Below are positions 9,633 to 20,082 of a DNA stretch of 64,000 nt, piece after piece. Below the pieces are notes generated by a model that worked only from the letters and a program-made list of their open reading frames with translations, was not told the origin of the DNA and did not search any database. Source of the DNA: Planctomycetota bacterium (lineage in GTDB: Bacteria > Planctomycetota > Phycisphaerae > UBA1845). The stretch covers positions 5,349 to 69,348 of the forward strand of contig JACQXM010000044.1 of assembly GCA_016208685.1 (NCBI GenBank). Direction: 5' to 3'. Every line of letters begins with the position of its first letter. Position 1 is the first letter of the stretch. Both the position numbers and the translations under genes were made by a program.

Positions 9633-10292
9633 CTACCTCTGCCCCGTTTCGTCATGCGGCGTGGCGAGAGCATGTTCCAGGAGGGTCCGGAGCGCCTGGC
9701 GGGCGCGGTGCAGCCTGGTCTTCACGTTCCCCGGCGTGGTATTGAGGATCTCCGCGGTTTGCTCCGTGTCCAGTTCCTCGATGTCGCGAAGCATCACGAC
9801 GGCCCGGTAGTCGTCGGGCAAGGACTCGATGCACTCACGGACCTGGCGCCGCAGCTCGTCGGCACCCATGGTGTCCGTAGTGGGTTCCGTCCAGGACCGC
9901 ACCGAGCGGGCGTGGTGGCCGGTCTGGTCGAACTGCGGCAGCAACTCGTCGATGGGCACGGTCGGTCGTTTCCGTTGCGCCCGGAGCCTCATCAGGCAGG
10001 CGTTGACCACAATCCGGTGCAGCCAGGTGGACAGGCTCGATTGTCCCTGGAACGAGGGGATAGCGCGAATAAGGGAGATATATGCGTCTTGGACGGCATC
10101 GGCGGCATCCTCATCGCGGCGCAGGAAGCGCCGTGCCACGGCCAGCATGCGGCTATGGGTGAGCCGGACGAATTCGGCGTACGCCTGCTCGTCGCCGCAC
10201 CGCAGCCCGTCCAGCAGCGTTCGTTCGCCGGCCGCGCCTTGCGCATCGATCTCCGGTGGCTTTGAGGTGTGAACTACGCCCAACATGCTCAT
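9633..10292 (-). CDS. ECF sigma factor
   Basis: Region 2 DAADAVQDAY...FQGQSSLSTWLHRIVVNACLMRLR; region 4 LPDDYRAVVMLRDIEEL...TAEIL...NVKTRLHRARQALR. Confidence 0.93.
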   Translation of the reverse strand: MSMLGVVHTSKPPEIDAQGAAGERTLLDGLRCGDEQAYAEFVRLTHSRMLAVARRFLRRDEDAADAVQDAYISLIRAIPSFQGQSSLSTWLHRIVVNACLMRLRAQRKRPTVPIDELLPQFDQTGHHARSVRSWTEPTTDTMGADELRRQVRECIESLPDDYRAVVMLRDIEELDTEQTAEILNTTPGNVKTRLHRARQALRTLLEHALATPHDETGQR

Positions 10293-10555
10293 GACGCCTG
10301 CCCTTCCATTCTCAGGAGCTCGCGGACAAAGTTGGAACACTTCCCGATGGTGACACCGCTGCGGAGGAGTTCGCGAAGCAGTTCCGCACCGGCGTGATCG
10401 ACGAACCTGATCTGCGCGAGGTCGAGCTGGAGCGGACCGGTAAGTCGTACCGCCTCGGCCTCCTCGCGGAGCATTCCTACCCATGGACCCTGTAGCTTGC
10501 CGTCCAGCCTCAAGGTTGTGATTCCGTTCGTTTGTTCCTGCGTGAGCCTCAGCAT
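10289..10555 (-). CDS. Small STAS-like domain protein
   Basis: LRLDGKLQGPWV...LDLAQIRFVDHAG; AAGGAGG RBS; 4-nt overlap with the ECF sigma start. Confidence 0.8.
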   Translation of the reverse strand: MLRLTQEQTNGITTLRLDGKLQGPWVGMLREEAEAVRLTGPLQLDLAQIRFVDHAGAELLRELLRSGVTIGKCSNFVRELLRMEGQAS

Positions 10556-10590
10556 CGCAGCCAATCCTCCTTCTCGTGTGGACCCGTTGG

Positions 10591-10657
10591 GCAAGCGATG
10601 TGCTAGAAGGCCCGGCGCGCCACGAGTTTTTTAACCATTTGGCAATACATAAGTTAC
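10591..10657 (-). promoter_or_regulatory. Possible sigma54 -24/-12 element with an adjacent AT-rich IHF-like tract
   Basis: The minus strand reads TAGCAC-ATCGC-TTGC (correct spacing, but AG instead of the conserved GG); AT-rich tract at ~10627-10657; lies directly downstream of a sigma54 activator gene. Confidence 0.35.
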
Positions 10658-10730
10658 GACGTCCGCAGAATCGCGCAGGCCGGGCTGAGGTCACGAGCAA
10701 TCGTGGCGCGCCACGGGCGGTCGTGGGCGG

Positions 10731-12614
10731 TTACGAGGAATCGTGGGATGGTCGGGCGATACCGAGCTTCTTGAGTCGGCTGCGGAGGGTGTTGGGGTGC
10801 AGGTTGAGAAGCCCCGCGGCGCCGCGGGGACCGTCGATAACCCAGTTGGTTTGTTTGAGGACGGACAGGATGTGCTCACGCTCGATGTCTTCCAGGCTCA
10901 GGCGCGGGGCGCCGCGGGCGGCGGCCGCAGCACCAGGGGGAGCCGGCGCGCTGCCGGGATCGATCTCAAGGGTAGGCTCCGTCGCCAGGATCACGGCGCG
11001 CTCGAGGAGGTTCTCCATCTCGCGAACGTTCCCCGGCCAGGGGTAGGCCATGAAGCGCTCCATCGTGGAGCGGCTCACGCCCTCGATGGTCTTGCCCACG
11101 CGCGCGGCGTACCTGCCGATCAGGAACTGCGTAAGCAGGGGGATGTCCTCACGTCGTTCGCGCACCGGCGGAACGTGCAGCGGGAACACGTTGAGGCGGT
11201 AATAAAGGTCTTCGCGGAAGGAGCGGCTGGCGACCGCCTGTTCCAGGTTGCGGTTGGTGGCGGCGATCACCCGCACGTCGGCGCGGATGGGGGTGTTTCC
11301 GCCTACGCGCTCGAACTCCCGCTCCTGGAGCACACGGAGGAGCTTGGCCTGGACGTCGATAGGCACTTCCCCGATTTCGTCGAGGAAGATGGTGCCGCCG
11401 TGGGCGAGTTCGAAGCGCCCCACGCGTTTGGCAATGGCGCCGCTGAAGGCGCCTTTCTCGTGCCCGAACAGCTCCGATTCCACCAGGCTGGTGGGCAGGG
11501 CGGCGCAGTTAAGCTTGATGAGCGGTTTGTCGCGCCGCTGGCTGGCGGAGTGGATGGCGCGGGCGACGAGTTCCTTTCCGGTGCCGGTTTCGCCGGTGAT
11601 GAGCACCGAGGCGTCCGTGGGCGCGACGCGGTTGACCTTCTCCAGCACCGCGAGCAGGGCCGGGCTGCGGCCCACGATCTCGTCGAAGTTGTGTACCGAT
11701 TTGATCTCCTCCTGCAAGTAGAGGTTCTGCGCCTGGAGCCGGGCCCGCTCCTGTTCCGCCAGCACGCGGTCGGTGATGTCGACGAACATGGTGCGCGTGA
11801 ACTTGCCGCTGCGGTCCGGCTTGGACCACCATTGAATCCAGATGGGGCGGCCGTCGTCCTTGCGGCGCAGCTCGAGCACCACGCCGCTGGTGTCGGTGCC
11901 GCGACCGACAGAGGCAAAGGCTTCGCGCACGCGGCGCTGCGCCTCGGGCGTGTCGGGGATGAAGGACATGCCCACGGTTCCCGGCACCTGTTCCGGGGGG
12001 ATGCCCAGAATGCGCATGGCGGCGCGGTTGGCGCCGATGAAGCGCGACTCCAGGTCCTCCTGCACGTACGCGATGGGCGCTTCGTCGTACAGGTCGCGAT
12101 AGCGCTCCTCGCTCTCCCGCAGCATTTTGTCGATGCGCAGACGTTCGAGTTCGGCGGCGGCGCGGGCCGCGAAGATCTGGAAGATGGAGAGTCGGCGCCG
12201 CTCGGCGGGCATCGGGCGGTTGTCGAAGGCGGCGAGGTGCCCCAGCGTCAGACCCTCGCGGTTGCGCAGGGGAATGCCGAGATAGCTCTCGATGCCCCAC
12301 TCGACGAGCGGCCTGTCCTCGGGAAACTCACGGGCGACGCCGCTGGGGTAGTGGCACAGGTCGCCGGCGATGACACGTTCGCACGGCGTGCCGCGGAGGT
12401 CCCACGAGATGTTGTCGGCAATGCGGCCTGCGAACCAGAAGGCGAGGGTGCGGGCGTGGGTGCCGCCGTCGAATTCCGCCACGAAGGCGAATTGGGTGTC
12501 GACGGCGCTCGCCAGGTGGCGAACCAGCGACTCGAAGAAGGCGGTGCCGGTCTCGGCGGCCGTACCCTCGACGATGGCGCGCAGCGCGGCCAACTCGTCG
12601 TCTCTGCTCACCAT
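10731..12614 (-). CDS. Sigma54-dependent enhancer-binding protein (GAF-PAS-AAA+-Fis HTH; FhlA/HyfR-like)
   Basis: Walker [24 protein letters not shown] (GAFTGA variant), [34 protein letters not shown]-terminal [23 protein letters not shown]. Confidence 0.95.
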   Translation of the reverse strand: MVSRDDELAALRAIVEGTAAETGTAFFESLVRHLASAVDTQFAFVAEFDGGTHARTLAFWFAGRIADNISWDLRGTPCERVIAGDLCHYPSGVAREFPEDRPLVEWGIESYLGIPLRNREGLTLGHLAAFDNRPMPAERRRLSIFQIFAARAAAELERLRIDKMLRESEERYRDLYDEAPIAYVQEDLESRFIGANRAAMRILGIPPEQVPGTVGMSFIPDTPEAQRRVREAFASVGRGTDTSGVVLELRRKDDGRPIWIQWWSKPDRSGKFTRTMFVDITDRVLAEQERARLQAQNLYLQEEIKSVHNFDEIVGRSPALLAVLEKVNRVAPTDASVLITGETGTGKELVARAIHSASQRRDKPLIKLNCAALPTSLVESELFGHEKGAFSGAIAKRVGRFELAHGGTIFLDEIGEVPIDVQAKLLRVLQEREFERVGGNTPIRADVRVIAATNRNLEQAVASRSFREDLYYRLNVFPLHVPPVRERREDIPLLTQFLIGRYAARVGKTIEGVSRSTMERFMAYPWPGNVREMENLLERAVILATEPTLEIDPGSAPAPPGAAAAARGAPRLSLEDIEREHILSVLKQTNWVIDGPRGAAGLLNLHPNTLRSRLKKLGIARPSHDSS

Positions 12615-12854
12615 CGTTCCGCCGGGCGAATCAGCGTTCATTCAAAAGACTTTCCGGCCTGCGGGCGCGCGCCTCGTTTGCGAGCCGCGAAGCTTCCTTC
12701 CGAGCAAACGGACTACGGGGCCTCCCGCCTCCGCGCCGCGGGGAGATTCGCAGCCGGGCATGAAGGGGTTAGCATACTACTTGTTCCTCACGGCGATGGG
12801 AAACAAACCCCCGGGGAGCAAGAACGAGCTGCGCCCGCCGGTTCGGTGGGCCAT

Positions 12855-12879
12855 GTAACTGTCCGCGGCGGCGGGCATC
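12855..12879 (+). promoter_or_regulatory. Candidate ECF promoter GTAAC-N15-GCATC (copy 1)
   Basis: Intergenic, upstream of GH63; the same motif occurs at 18428, 24187 and 33444. Confidence 0.6.
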
Positions 12880-13151
12880 CAAGTGGCGTCTTGCGTCTTG
12901 TAGAACTGACTGAAGCGTGCCTTCGCCCCCAGCGCAGCGCGCTGCGCCGGTCGCCGGGCCGCGATCGGGACAGCTGTGACCGTTCTCGGCAACCGACGCG
13001 CCAGTGCGGCATGCGTGGCAAGCCCCCGCACCGGGCGCCCGGAAGATCCGAAACGCCGTCGGAGTTCCGAAAACGTCGGGCGGGCGTACGGGCGGCAGCG
13101 TTCACTGCCACCCGACCCTGCCGGCGCTCCGACGCCACCGCGAGGAAGGGT

Positions 13152-15899
13152 ATGACATTACAACCGGAACTCGTTCGTCTCGAAGAGTGCCGCGCCGGCA
13201 CGCAACCGTGGAAACGCTGGGGGCCCTACCTGGCCGAGCGGCAATGGGGAACCGTTCGCGAGGACTATAGTGCGCAGGGGGCGGCGTGGGAGTATTTTTC
13301 CCACGACCATGCCCGGAGCCGCGCCTACCGCTGGGGCGAGGACGGGCTGGCCGGAGTCAGCGACGAGCAGCAGCATCTGTGCCTGGCGCTGGCACTGTGG
13401 AACGGCCGTGACCCCATCCTCAAGGAACGCCTGTTCGGTCTTACCAACGGGGAAGGCAACCATGGCGAGGACGTCAAGGAGCTGTATTACTACCTTGACG
13501 CCACCCCCACCCACTCTTACCTGAAGATGCTCTACAAGTACCCGCAAGCGGCGTTCCCCTATGCGCAACTGGTCGAGGAAAACCGGCGTCGTGGCAGGCA
13601 CGAGCCGGAATTCGAGCTCATCGACACGGGGATCTTTGACGAGGACCGCTATTTCGACGTTTATGTCGAGTATGCCAAGGCGGGGCCGAACGATCTTCTC
13701 ATGCTGGTTACGGCGCACAACCGCGGTCCGGACGCCGCGACGCTTCACGTCCTGCCGCAACTGTGGTTCCGCAACACGTGGTCGTGGGTGAGCGAATCGG
13801 CGCGGCCACGGCTGGGTCTTGACGGCGCGAACCGGGTGACCGCCGACCATCCCCGCCTCGGCCGCTACTTCGCACACGCCGAGGGAAGCCCCGCGTGGCT
13901 GTTCTGCGAAAACGAAACCAACGTACGCCGGCTGTGGGGCGTACAGGGCCGTTCGCACTTTGTTAAGGACGGAATTCACGAGTGCGTGGTCAGCGGTCGA
14001 AGTGACTCCGTCAACCCCGGCGGCGTCGGCACCAAGAGCGCGGCACATTACGTGCTGAACCTGGGCGCGGGAGAGTCGGGCCAGGTTCGCCTGCGCCTGG
14101 CGGATCGCGAGCTTGCCAGACCCTTCGTCGACTTCGGGGCGGTCATGAACGCCCGCCGGGAAGAGGCCGACGAATTCTTCGGCGGGTTGCAGGACGGCAT
14201 TGGCAGCGAGGACGCGCGTCGCGTGCAGCGCCAGGCCCTGGCGGGGATGATCTGGAGCAAGCAGTTCTACCACTACGACGTGCCGCAGTGGCTGGCAGGC
14301 GACCTCGGTCAACCGCCGCCGCCGCAGCAGCGTCAGGGAGGCCGCAACCGGGACTGGGAGCATCTCAACAATGCCGACATCATTTCCATGCCGGATACCT
14401 GGGAATATCCCTGGTATGCGGCGTGGGATTTGGCGTTTCATTGCATCCCATTGGCCATGATGGATGCGGACTTCGCCAAGCAGCAGTTGGTACTGCTGAC
14501 GCGGGAATGGTACATGCATCCCAACGGGCAGTTCCCGGCCTACGAGTGGAACTTCGGCGATGTCAATCCGCCGGTCCACGCCTGGGCGACGTGGCGCGTT
14601 TTTCAGATGGACCGCAAGCAGCGGCGGCGCACCGATGCCGGGGACCCCGGTGATCTGGCATTCCTGGAACGCGTGTTCCACAAGCTGATGCTCAACTTCA
14701 CCTGGTGGGTGAATCGCAAGGACGCTCAAGGGCGCAACATCTTCCAGGGCGGCTTTCTGGGGTTGGACAACATCGGCGTTTTTGATCGCAGCGCGCCGCT
14801 GCCCACCGGAGGGTACATCAACCAGTCGGATGGCACGAGCTGGATGGCGATGTATTCGCTGAACCTCATGCGCATGGCGTTGGAGCTGGCACTGCACAAC
14901 CGCGTGTACGAGGATATCGCGACCAAGTTTTTCGAGCACTTTCTACATATCGCGGCCGCGATGACCAACATGGGCGGCGAAGGGGTTGGACTGTGGAACG
15001 AGGAGGACCAGTTTTTCTACGATGAGCTGATCCTACCCGACGGACGGATGGTGCCTTTGAAGGTGCGCAGCATGGTCGGGCTGATCCCGCTCTTCGCGGT
15101 CGAGACGCTCGAGCCCGAACTGCTGGCTCGCGTACCGGAGTTCAGCGCCAGGCTGGAGTGGTTTTTGAACTACCGCCCGGACCTGGCGCAACTGGTATCG
15201 CGCTGGAATGAACCGGGGCGCGGGGAGCGGAGGCTGCTCTCGCTCCTGCGCGGTCATCGAATGAAGCGGCTGTTGCAACGCATGTTGGATGAGCATCAGT
15301 TCCTCGCGCCGCACGGCGTTCGCGCCGTGTCCAAAGAGCATGAGCAACACCCCTTTGTCTTCTCGTGCGGCGGAGTGGAGTTTCCCGTCAGCTATGTGCC
15401 CGGAGAGTCGACGACGGGCGCGTTCGGAGGAAACTCGAACTGGAGGGGACCGATCTGGTTTCCGCTCAACTACCTTATCGTGGAATCGCTTCAGAAGTTT
15501 CATCATTATTACGGCGACGACTTCAAGGTGGAATGTCCGACAGGGTCGGGAAGAAAGACGACCCTCACCGGCGTTGCGGACGAGTTGGCGCGTCGGCTCA
15601 GCAGCCTGTTTCTGCGCGACGGCAGCGGCTGTCGGCCGGTGTTCGGGAGCCGCACCAAGTTCCAGAATGATCCGCATTTCCGCGACCACTTGCTTTTCTA
15701 CGAGTATTTCCACGGCGATACCGGTTCGGGCGTGGGTGCGTCGCACCAGACGGGTTGGACGGGGCTGGTCGCCAAGCTGCTGCGACCTCGCAGCCGCGGG
15801 AAACCCGGCTCTCAGGAGGACGGGAAGACCGTGCGGGGAGCGCGTCCGCGAAATGAGGCGAAGGGTAAGGGAAAGCGTCGAGAGCCGGTGGAGTCCTGA
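13152..15899 (+). CDS. MGH1-like glycoside hydrolase family 63 (glucosidase / mannosylglycerate hydrolase-like)
   Basis: [86 protein letters not shown]. The real start is ATG 13152; the upstream part of the 10743 ORF is a shadow. Confidence 0.92.
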   Translation: MTLQPELVRLEECRAGTQPWKRWGPYLAERQWGTVREDYSAQGAAWEYFSHDHARSRAYRWGEDGLAGVSDEQQHLCLALALWNGRDPILKERLFGLTNGEGNHGEDVKELYYYLDATPTHSYLKMLYKYPQAAFPYAQLVEENRRRGRHEPEFELIDTGIFDEDRYFDVYVEYAKAGPNDLLMLVTAHNRGPDAATLHVLPQLWFRNTWSWVSESARPRLGLDGANRVTADHPRLGRYFAHAEGSPAWLFCENETNVRRLWGVQGRSHFVKDGIHECVVSGRSDSVNPGGVGTKSAAHYVLNLGAGESGQVRLRLADRELARPFVDFGAVMNARREEADEFFGGLQDGIGSEDARRVQRQALAGMIWSKQFYHYDVPQWLAGDLGQPPPPQQRQGGRNRDWEHLNNADIISMPDTWEYPWYAAWDLAFHCIPLAMMDADFAKQQLVLLTREWYMHPNGQFPAYEWNFGDVNPPVHAWATWRVFQMDRKQRRRTDAGDPGDLAFLERVFHKLMLNFTWWVNRKDAQGRNIFQGGFLGLDNIGVFDRSAPLPTGGYINQSDGTSWMAMYSLNLMRMALELALHNRVYEDIATKFFEHFLHIAAAMTNMGGEGVGLWNEEDQFFYDELILPDGRMVPLKVRSMVGLIPLFAVETLEPELLARVPEFSARLEWFLNYRPDLAQLVSRWNEPGRGERRLLSLLRGHRMKRLLQRMLDEHQFLAPHGVRAVSKEHEQHPFVFSCGGVEFPVSYVPGESTTGAFGGNSNWRGPIWFPLNYLIVESLQKFHHYYGDDFKVECPTGSGRKTTLTGVADELARRLSSLFLRDGSGCRPVFGSRTKFQNDPHFRDHLLFYEYFHGDTGSGVGASHQTGWTGLVAKLLRPRSRGKPGSQEDGKTVRGARPRNEAKGKGKRREPVES

Positions 15900-15903
15900 G
15901 GCC

Positions 15904-16764
15904 ATGAAAACCATGTTCGAAAACGAAGTTCTGCCCGACGTCGTGATGCCCGCGTGTCCGATCCTGAAGATCCTCAAGGGTCAGAAAGCGATCGTCACCG
16001 GGGCCAGTTCGGGCATCGGCAAGGCCATCGCCATCGCCCTGGGGCACGCGGGCGCCGACGTGGTGGTGAACTACGTCGCGGGGGAGGAGGCGGCGCTCGC
16101 CGTGGTCGAGGAGATCCAGCGCTGCGGGAGTCGTGCCTACGCCCACAAAGCCGACGTCTCTCGCGAGGACGAGGTTCGCGACCTCTTCGAGCGCATGGCG
16201 GGGCAGTTGGGGGCCGTGGACATACTGGTAAACAACGCTGGTCTGCAACAGGACGCCCCGTTCGACGAAATGACGCTCCAGCAGTGGAACAAGGTGATCG
16301 CCGTGAACCTGACCGGTCAATTCCTGTGCGCCCGGGAGGCGGTTCGCGCCTTCAAGCGTCAGGGGGTGCGCAAGAACGTCTCCTGCGCCGCGGGCAAGAT
16401 CATCTGCATCAGCTCCGTGCACGAGGTGATCCCCTGGGCGGGCCATGTGAACTATGCGGCATCGAAAGGCGGAGTCATGCTGATGATGAAGAGCATCGCC
16501 CAGGAAGTCGCGCCCTACCGCATTCGCGTCAACAGCCTGGCACCGGGCGCCATCCGCACGCCGATCAACATGGCGGCATGGGGGACGCCGGAGGCCTACC
16601 GTGAACTGCTCAAGCTCATCCCCTACAAGCGCATCGGCGAACCGGAGGAGATCGGCCGGGCCGCGGTGTGGCTGGCCTCGGACGACTCCGATTACGTGCA
16701 CGGAGTGACGCTGTTCGTTGACGGAGGCATGACGCTCTATCCCGGCTTCGAAACCGGAGGTTGA
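15904..16764 (+). CDS. Glucose 1-dehydrogenase-like SDR oxidoreductase
   Basis: TGASSGIG, NNAG, SSVHEVIPW, YAASK, PGAIRTPIN. Confidence 0.9.
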   Translation: MKTMFENEVLPDVVMPACPILKILKGQKAIVTGASSGIGKAIAIALGHAGADVVVNYVAGEEAALAVVEEIQRCGSRAYAHKADVSREDEVRDLFERMAGQLGAVDILVNNAGLQQDAPFDEMTLQQWNKVIAVNLTGQFLCAREAVRAFKRQGVRKNVSCAAGKIICISSVHEVIPWAGHVNYAASKGGVMLMMKSIAQEVAPYRIRVNSLAPGAIRTPINMAAWGTPEAYRELLKLIPYKRIGEPEEIGRAAVWLASDDSDYVHGVTLFVDGGMTLYPGFETGG

Positions 16765-16815
16765 GGCGTCGAACGCCGACCCTAGCAGCTGGCCGCCAAA
16801 CTCCGGGGCCACGGT

Positions 16816-16864
16816 GTGGCACGGGCGTCTTGCCCGTGACCACATGGGCCGTACGCCCATGCCA
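16816..16864. repeat. REP-like doublet of palindromes
   Basis: GTGGCACGGGC-GTCTT-GCCCGTG followed by the inverted relative CATGGGC-CGTAC-GCCCATGCCA; intergenic. Confidence 0.6.
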
Positions 16865-16915
16865 AGAACGTTGCCACAGTCAGGTGCCGGAGTAGCGCGG
16901 AGCTCCAGGGTGTAT

Positions 16916-17767
16916 ATGCGACAGGAAGACGGGTTTCATTGGCCGGAGTACCTGATGGAGGCCGCCGGGCTCGGGCTGTTCATGGTCTCGGCCGGCGCCT
17001 TCGGCACGCTGCTCGAGGCGGCGGATTCCCCCTTGCGACAGGCGATCGCCGATCCCCTGGCGCGGCGCGCGTTGATGGGCTTGTCGATGGGGATGACCGC
17101 CATGACGCTGGTCTATTCCCCGTGGGGTAAGCAGTCCGGAGCGCACCTGAACCCGGCCGTGACGCTTACGTTCCTGCGGCTGGGAAAGGTGCGACCCTGC
17201 GACGCGGTGTTCTACGTGGCGGCGCAGCTTGCGGGCGGTACGCTGGGCGTGCTGGCGGTGTTGGCGGTGCTGGGACGGCGTTTCGCCGCGCCGCCGGTGT
17301 CCTATGTAGCGACGCTGCCGGGAGCGTACGGGCCCTACGCGGCGTTTGCGGCCGAGGTCATGATCACGGGGCTGCTGATGGGGGTGGTGCTGTGGGCGAG
17401 CAACACGCCGCGATGGGCGCGATTCACCGGCGTGTTTGCCGGCGCGCTCGTGGCGTTCTACATCACGGTGGAGGCTCCGATTTCGGGGATGAGCATGAAC
17501 CCCGCCCGGAGTTTCGCCTCCGCGGCGCCGGGGGCGATGTGGGATTGGTTGTGGATCTACTTGGTGGCGCCGCCGCTGGGAGCGCTGCTAGCGGCACAGT
17601 TATTCCTGATGGTTCGGGGTCCATCCGCCGTCTCCTGCGCCAAACTTCATCATCACAACCGCAAGCGGTGCATCTTCTGCATGACCCGTCCGACCCGGGA
17701 ACCTGACGTCCACCCGGCGGTCGCGTCGCGCACGGCGATCATGACCAGGTCCGGCATCATTGTCTGA
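16916..17767 (+). CDS. MIP/aquaporin family channel
   Basis: SGAHLNPAVT and SMNPARS (two NPA motifs), six hydrophobic helices, C-terminal CAKLHHHNRKRCIFC tail. Confidence 0.92.
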   Translation: MRQEDGFHWPEYLMEAAGLGLFMVSAGAFGTLLEAADSPLRQAIADPLARRALMGLSMGMTAMTLVYSPWGKQSGAHLNPAVTLTFLRLGKVRPCDAVFYVAAQLAGGTLGVLAVLAVLGRRFAAPPVSYVATLPGAYGPYAAFAAEVMITGLLMGVVLWASNTPRWARFTGVFAGALVAFYITVEAPISGMSMNPARSFASAAPGAMWDWLWIYLVAPPLGALLAAQLFLMVRGPSAVSCAKLHHHNRKRCIFCMTRPTREPDVHPAVASRTAIMTRSGIIV

Positions 17768-17780
17768 AGTGCCCGGCAGG

Positions 17781-18431
17781 ATGCCCGACCTGGCGGAGGC
17801 CGTAGAACGCATCGTCACAGCGCGGACGGCGGCGCCCGGTGACCGGGCGGTGCTGGTCGCGGTGAGCGGCGTCGACGCGTGCGGAAAAGGGTTCGTCACC
17901 GACCGCCTTGTGGATCGGTTGGCGGCGCTGGGGCTGAAGGCGGCGCCGATCCACGCCGACGGCTGGCTGCACCTGCCGCAGCGCCGCTTCAGCCGGATCG
18001 ATCCGGCGCGACACTTCTACCACCACGCCTTCCGCTTTGCGGAGATGTTCTCGCAGCTGGTGACACCGCTGTGCGCGCGGCGCTCGATCGACCTGGAGGC
18101 CGACTACACGGAAGAGACGGCCACAAGCTATAGACGGCACCGTTACACCTACCACGATGTGGACGTTGTCCTGCTGGAGGCGATCTTCCTGTTCAAACGC
18201 GAGTGGACCTCGCGATACGACGTCGCACTGTGGGTGGACTGCACCTTCGAAACGGCGCTGGAGCGGGCCCTGGCGCGCGGGCAGGAAGGGTTGGACGCCC
18301 AGGCCACGGTGCGCGCCTACGAGACCATCTACTTTCCGGCGCAGCGGATTCACCGGCTCGAAGACCAGCCCCTCCGGACGGCCCATGGAATCATCAGCAA
18401 CGACCCACGCCTGACCCCCCTCAGGCCGTAA
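17781..18431 (+). CDS. Uridine kinase-like P-loop kinase
   Basis: VAVSGVDACGKG P-loop, IHADGW, VVLLEAIFL, TALERALAR. Confidence 0.75.
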   Translation: MPDLAEAVERIVTARTAAPGDRAVLVAVSGVDACGKGFVTDRLVDRLAALGLKAAPIHADGWLHLPQRRFSRIDPARHFYHHAFRFAEMFSQLVTPLCARRSIDLEADYTEETATSYRRHRYTYHDVDVVLLEAIFLFKREWTSRYDVALWVDCTFETALERALARGQEGLDAQATVRAYETIYFPAQRIHRLEDQPLRTAHGIISNDPRLTPLRP

Positions 18432-18453
18432 CCTCCGCGCCGGTGCGGGCATC
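18428..18453 (+). promoter_or_regulatory. Candidate ECF promoter GTAAC-N16-GCATC (copy 2)
   Basis: About 50 nt upstream of the GMC start codon. Confidence 0.65.
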
Positions 18454-18505
18454 GAATTGTAGAACCGCCCCCACGGGGGTGCCGGCGCCGCGTCAGGAGC
18501 GTGTC

Positions 18506-20077
18506 ATGACCGTGAATGGCCGATACGACGTCATCATCATCGGAACCGGCGCGGGCGGCGGGACGCTGGCACGCCGGCTCGCACCTTCGGGGAAGAAGAT
18601 TCTGCTTCTGGAACGCGGCGACTATGTGCCGCGCGAGAAGGACAACTGGAACGCGCGGGCGGTCAATGTCGAGGGCAAGTACCAGACCCGGGAGGTTTGG
18701 CGGGACAAGAACGGCAAGGAGCTGCACCCGCACACCAACTACGCCGTCGGCGGGAACACCAAGTTCTACGGGGCGGCGTTGTTCCGCCTGCGGAAGGAGG
18801 ACTTCGGCGAGCTCCGCCATCACGGCGGGGTCTCGCCCGCCTGGCCCATCGGCTACGACGAGCTCGAACCCTACTACACACAGGCGGAGCAGATGTACCA
18901 CGTTCACGGAGCGCGTGGCGAGGATCCCACCGAACCACCGGCCGGCGCCCCGTACCCGCATCCGCCCGTCAGCCATGAGCCGCGCATCGAGCAACTGGCC
19001 GAGGACCTTCGTGCCCTGGGGCTTCGCCCCTTCCATGTGCCCCTGGGCATCATGCTCGACGAGCGTCATCCGCGCACCAGCAAGTGCATTCGCTGCGAGA
19101 CCTGCGACGGCTTCCCCTGCCTGCTCCAGGCCAAGTCGGACGCGCAGGTGTGCGGCGTAGATCCGGCGCTCGAGTACGCCAATGTATCCTTGCTCACCGG
19201 CGCCATCGTGCGGCGTTTGGAAACCAGTGCCGGCGGACGCGAGGTCACCGAGGTGGTCGTGGAGCGAAACGGCGGGGAGGAGCGCTATGGCGCGGACATC
19301 GTCGTTGTCTCGTGCGGCGCGATTAACTCCGCCGCTCTCCTGCTTCGCTCGCGATGCGAGCGGCACCCCCACGGCCTGGCCAACGGCTCCGGTGTGGTGG
19401 GCCGGCACTACATGGGGCACATCAACTCAGTCCAGATGGCCATCTCCAAATGTCCCAATCCGACGGTCTTCCAGAAGACGCTGGGGATCAACGACTTTTA
19501 CCTGGGTTCGCCCGACTGGGACTTTCCGCTGGGGCACATCTCCTTTGTGGGGAAGCTGGACGGCGTGACGCTGCGCGCCGGGGCTCCTGCCCTGACACCG
19601 GGCTGGACGCTGGAGTTCATGGCCAGACACTCGCTCGACTTCTGGCTCACCTCGGAGGACCTGCCGGACCCCAATAACCGTGTGACGTTGGACCGCGAAG
19701 GCAACATCGTGCTCAGCTACACGCCCAACAACGAAGAAGGCCACCGGCGGTTGATTGCCACCCTCAAGGGCCTGATCCGACAGACCACGCGCTGCGGCCT
19801 TCATGGGCACAACTGCCACGAGGGCCTGTTCGCACGGAGCCTGTTCGTGGGCCAACGCATTCCGCTGGCCGGCGTGGCGCACCAGTGCGGCACCATCCGC
19901 TTCGGCCGCGATTCGAGAACCTCGGCGCTGGATGAAAACTGCAAGGCGCATGAGGTGGACAACCTCTACGTCGTCGACGCCAGTTTCTTCGCCTCGAGCG
20001 GCGCCGTGAACCCGGCGCTGACCATCATGGCCAACGCCCTGCGCGTCGGCGATCACCTGCTGCAGCGTCTGGGGTAG
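18506..20077 (+). CDS. GMC-family FAD oxidoreductase
   Basis: YDVIIIGTGAGGG, LLLERG, CIRCETCDGFPC, AHQCGT, DNLYVVDASFF..SGAVNPALTIMANALRV. Confidence 0.93.
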   Translation: MTVNGRYDVIIIGTGAGGGTLARRLAPSGKKILLLERGDYVPREKDNWNARAVNVEGKYQTREVWRDKNGKELHPHTNYAVGGNTKFYGAALFRLRKEDFGELRHHGGVSPAWPIGYDELEPYYTQAEQMYHVHGARGEDPTEPPAGAPYPHPPVSHEPRIEQLAEDLRALGLRPFHVPLGIMLDERHPRTSKCIRCETCDGFPCLLQAKSDAQVCGVDPALEYANVSLLTGAIVRRLETSAGGREVTEVVVERNGGEERYGADIVVVSCGAINSAALLLRSRCERHPHGLANGSGVVGRHYMGHINSVQMAISKCPNPTVFQKTLGINDFYLGSPDWDFPLGHISFVGKLDGVTLRAGAPALTPGWTLEFMARHSLDFWLTSEDLPDPNNRVTLDREGNIVLSYTPNNEEGHRRLIATLKGLIRQTTRCGLHGHNCHEGLFARSLFVGQRIPLAGVAHQCGTIRFGRDSRTSALDENCKAHEVDNLYVVDASFFASSGAVNPALTIMANALRVGDHLLQRLG

Positions 20078-20082
20078 TGTTG

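Noticed and set aside
10743-13151. 1718-aa ORF suggesting a giant GH63 fusion
   Set aside because: The first ~800 aa are the antisense shadow of the sigma54 activator plus intergenic DNA; GH63 similarity starts at ATG 13152.
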